Assembly (NCBI GenBank): GCA_964016885.1
Contig: OZ024741.1
Coordinates: forward strand, 70,866,001 to 70,930,000
DNA: 64,000 nt
Direction: 5' to 3'
From: Eledone cirrhosa
Lineage: Eukaryota
Part shown: piece by piece, positions 62,451 through 64,000 of the stretch
How positions within the stretch are numbered: the first letter of the stretch is position 1
Layout of the letters: each line of letters opens with the position of its first letter
Position numbers and translations under genes: made by a program
Notes under the pieces: generated by a model
Told to the model about the DNA's origin: nothing
What the model saw: the letters and a program-made list of their open reading frames with translations, nothing else
Databases searched by the model: none

Positions 62451-63475
62451 AACATACATACATACATATATACATACATTACATATATACATGCATATAT
62501 ACATACATACATTACACATGTACATATACATACATGTATGTATGCATGCCTCCATACATATACCCTGACCCACACTCACATATATGTACACACACATACA
62601 TACATACATACATCCTTTTACGCATGTTTTTCCATACTTGATGGGTTTGAAGAATCTACTCAAGCATAATTCTAAACCATATCAAAATGGTGAAGAACAT
62701 AACGGTAAAAAAAAAGTATATAACACCTTTTGGTAAAGTTGTAGAATAACATAATGAAAATCCAAGAATTAAAAATAAAATCTTTGTAAATTCAGATAAA
62801 ACAAAGAAGACATATGAAATAAACTTTAACACATACAATCATCAACAACTACAAAACAACCACCAATAGTCAGAGCCCTTCAGGTTTGGAGGGGCTCCTC
62901 ATACACAAAAAATTAGAATACACACCAAACCCCCAATTTTACATATCAAAGTTGGCTGTGTGCAAATAGTTGGAATTGAAAAGTTATACATACAGGTATT
63001 AAATTTTTAAAATTTAACCATCCTCATTTTACTTCACTTTCCACACTGGCATGTGCTGGCATGTGTTGGACAGTCCGAGACAAGATATATTGGAGCAACT
63101 TCATCTTGCTCATACATCACATATTTAGCACAGTTTCTATGGCTGGATGCCCTTCCTAACATAACCACCTTAGAGTGCTTTCTGGGTGCATTGTTTTTGC
63201 GATACCAGCACAACCACTTTACACAGTGACATCAATAACAACCTCATGTCTCTAAAGTTGAGAAAATTTGATGAATTTTGCCACAGTAAGAATATTACAT
63301 ACTTTCTATTGAAAATGTAGTTCTCATTATCAAAGGGATAAAACTAAAAAGCTCAGTAGAGAGCACAAATAAATGGCTATGGCTGTCGCTGGTGAGCCCC
63401 CCCCCCCCCCACTGTGGGGACCCCCAGGGCAATTGTCCCCTTTGCCCCATTAAATCTGGCCCTGCCAATAGTACA

Positions 63476-63721
63476 TTAACCCTTTTGATACCAAAATCTC
63501 TGTGACAGCTGTTGGTTTTACAATACTAAAATGTTTATATTTATCTAAAACTTATCGTAAGTTTATGTTAACCTTTGCTAAGTTCTATTCTAAACACTAT
63601 CTTGATAATGAGAAAATTAGTTATATTACAAAATCCCTTTAAATTCTTATTTATTTTCAAAATTATTAGAAAATCATGGACAGAGTGTCTTTCATTAGAA
63701 ATATAGTAATGAAAGAGTTAA
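63476..63721. mobile_element. TTAA-flanked MITE, family c
   Basis: TTAA|CCCTTTTGATACC ... TAGTAATGAAAGAG|TTAA. Degenerate, nested relatives at ~17580-18480 and ~56665-56960. Confidence 0.6.
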
Positions 63722-64000
63722 CTTATTTGTTATGATATTTCCTTATAAAATACACAGCTAATGGCAAAAAACATTTGCCCCAGCATGCCACGCAGTGAGA
63801 AGTGATGTTTGTTTGCAACCACTTAGTCATGCCTACATTCACACATGCATATACATACATACATGCAGACAGACAGACAGACAGACACATGTCTGTTGTG
63901 TCATAGCCATGACAACATCCTTAGAGTTGGTGATCTACATTATAAATGCACTTAGTACAATCTGTTAGGTGGTTGATGATAGAAAGAGTATCTAACCAAG

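Overview
Eukaryotic, AT-rich, repeat-saturated genomic DNA. The SINE/LINE repertoire suggests a cephalopod (octopus-like) genome, which is an inference. The only host gene I can support is a minus-strand PLEKHA1/2 (TAPP-family) homolog. Four small GT-AG coding exons (42100-42240, 13592-13651, 10138-10183, 5968-6065) splice in frame to give its N-terminal PH domain, and the gene continues beyond the left edge. Its ~28 kb intron holds a ~14.6 kb head-to-tail stack (18.6-33.2 kb) of five Tx1-clade non-LTR retrotransposon copies (two full-length but decayed, three 5'-truncated) plus one SINE. All are on the + strand and every junction is a (TATC/TC)n microsatellite. A second stack on the minus strand (42.5-44.6 kb) has related Tx1 3' ends and same-orientation SINEs joined by (ATT/GTT)n. 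The 3' end of the most abundant tRNA-SINE closely matches the Tx1 3' terminus. Together these point to a microsatellite-targeting Tx1 LINE plus partner-SINE system, with covarying RNA hairpins in both LINE UTRs. Also present: RTE LINEs with a PHD-like finger inserted after the RT core (two forming a ~1.6 kb-arm inverted repeat), CR1 and CRE-like fragments, TTAA- and TA-flanked MITEs, a non-autonomous Helitron, decayed hammerhead-like motifs, a 1.8 kb (GGT)n tract and many micro/minisatellites. No prokaryotic features, rRNA genes, genuine tRNA genes or CRISPR arrays are supported.
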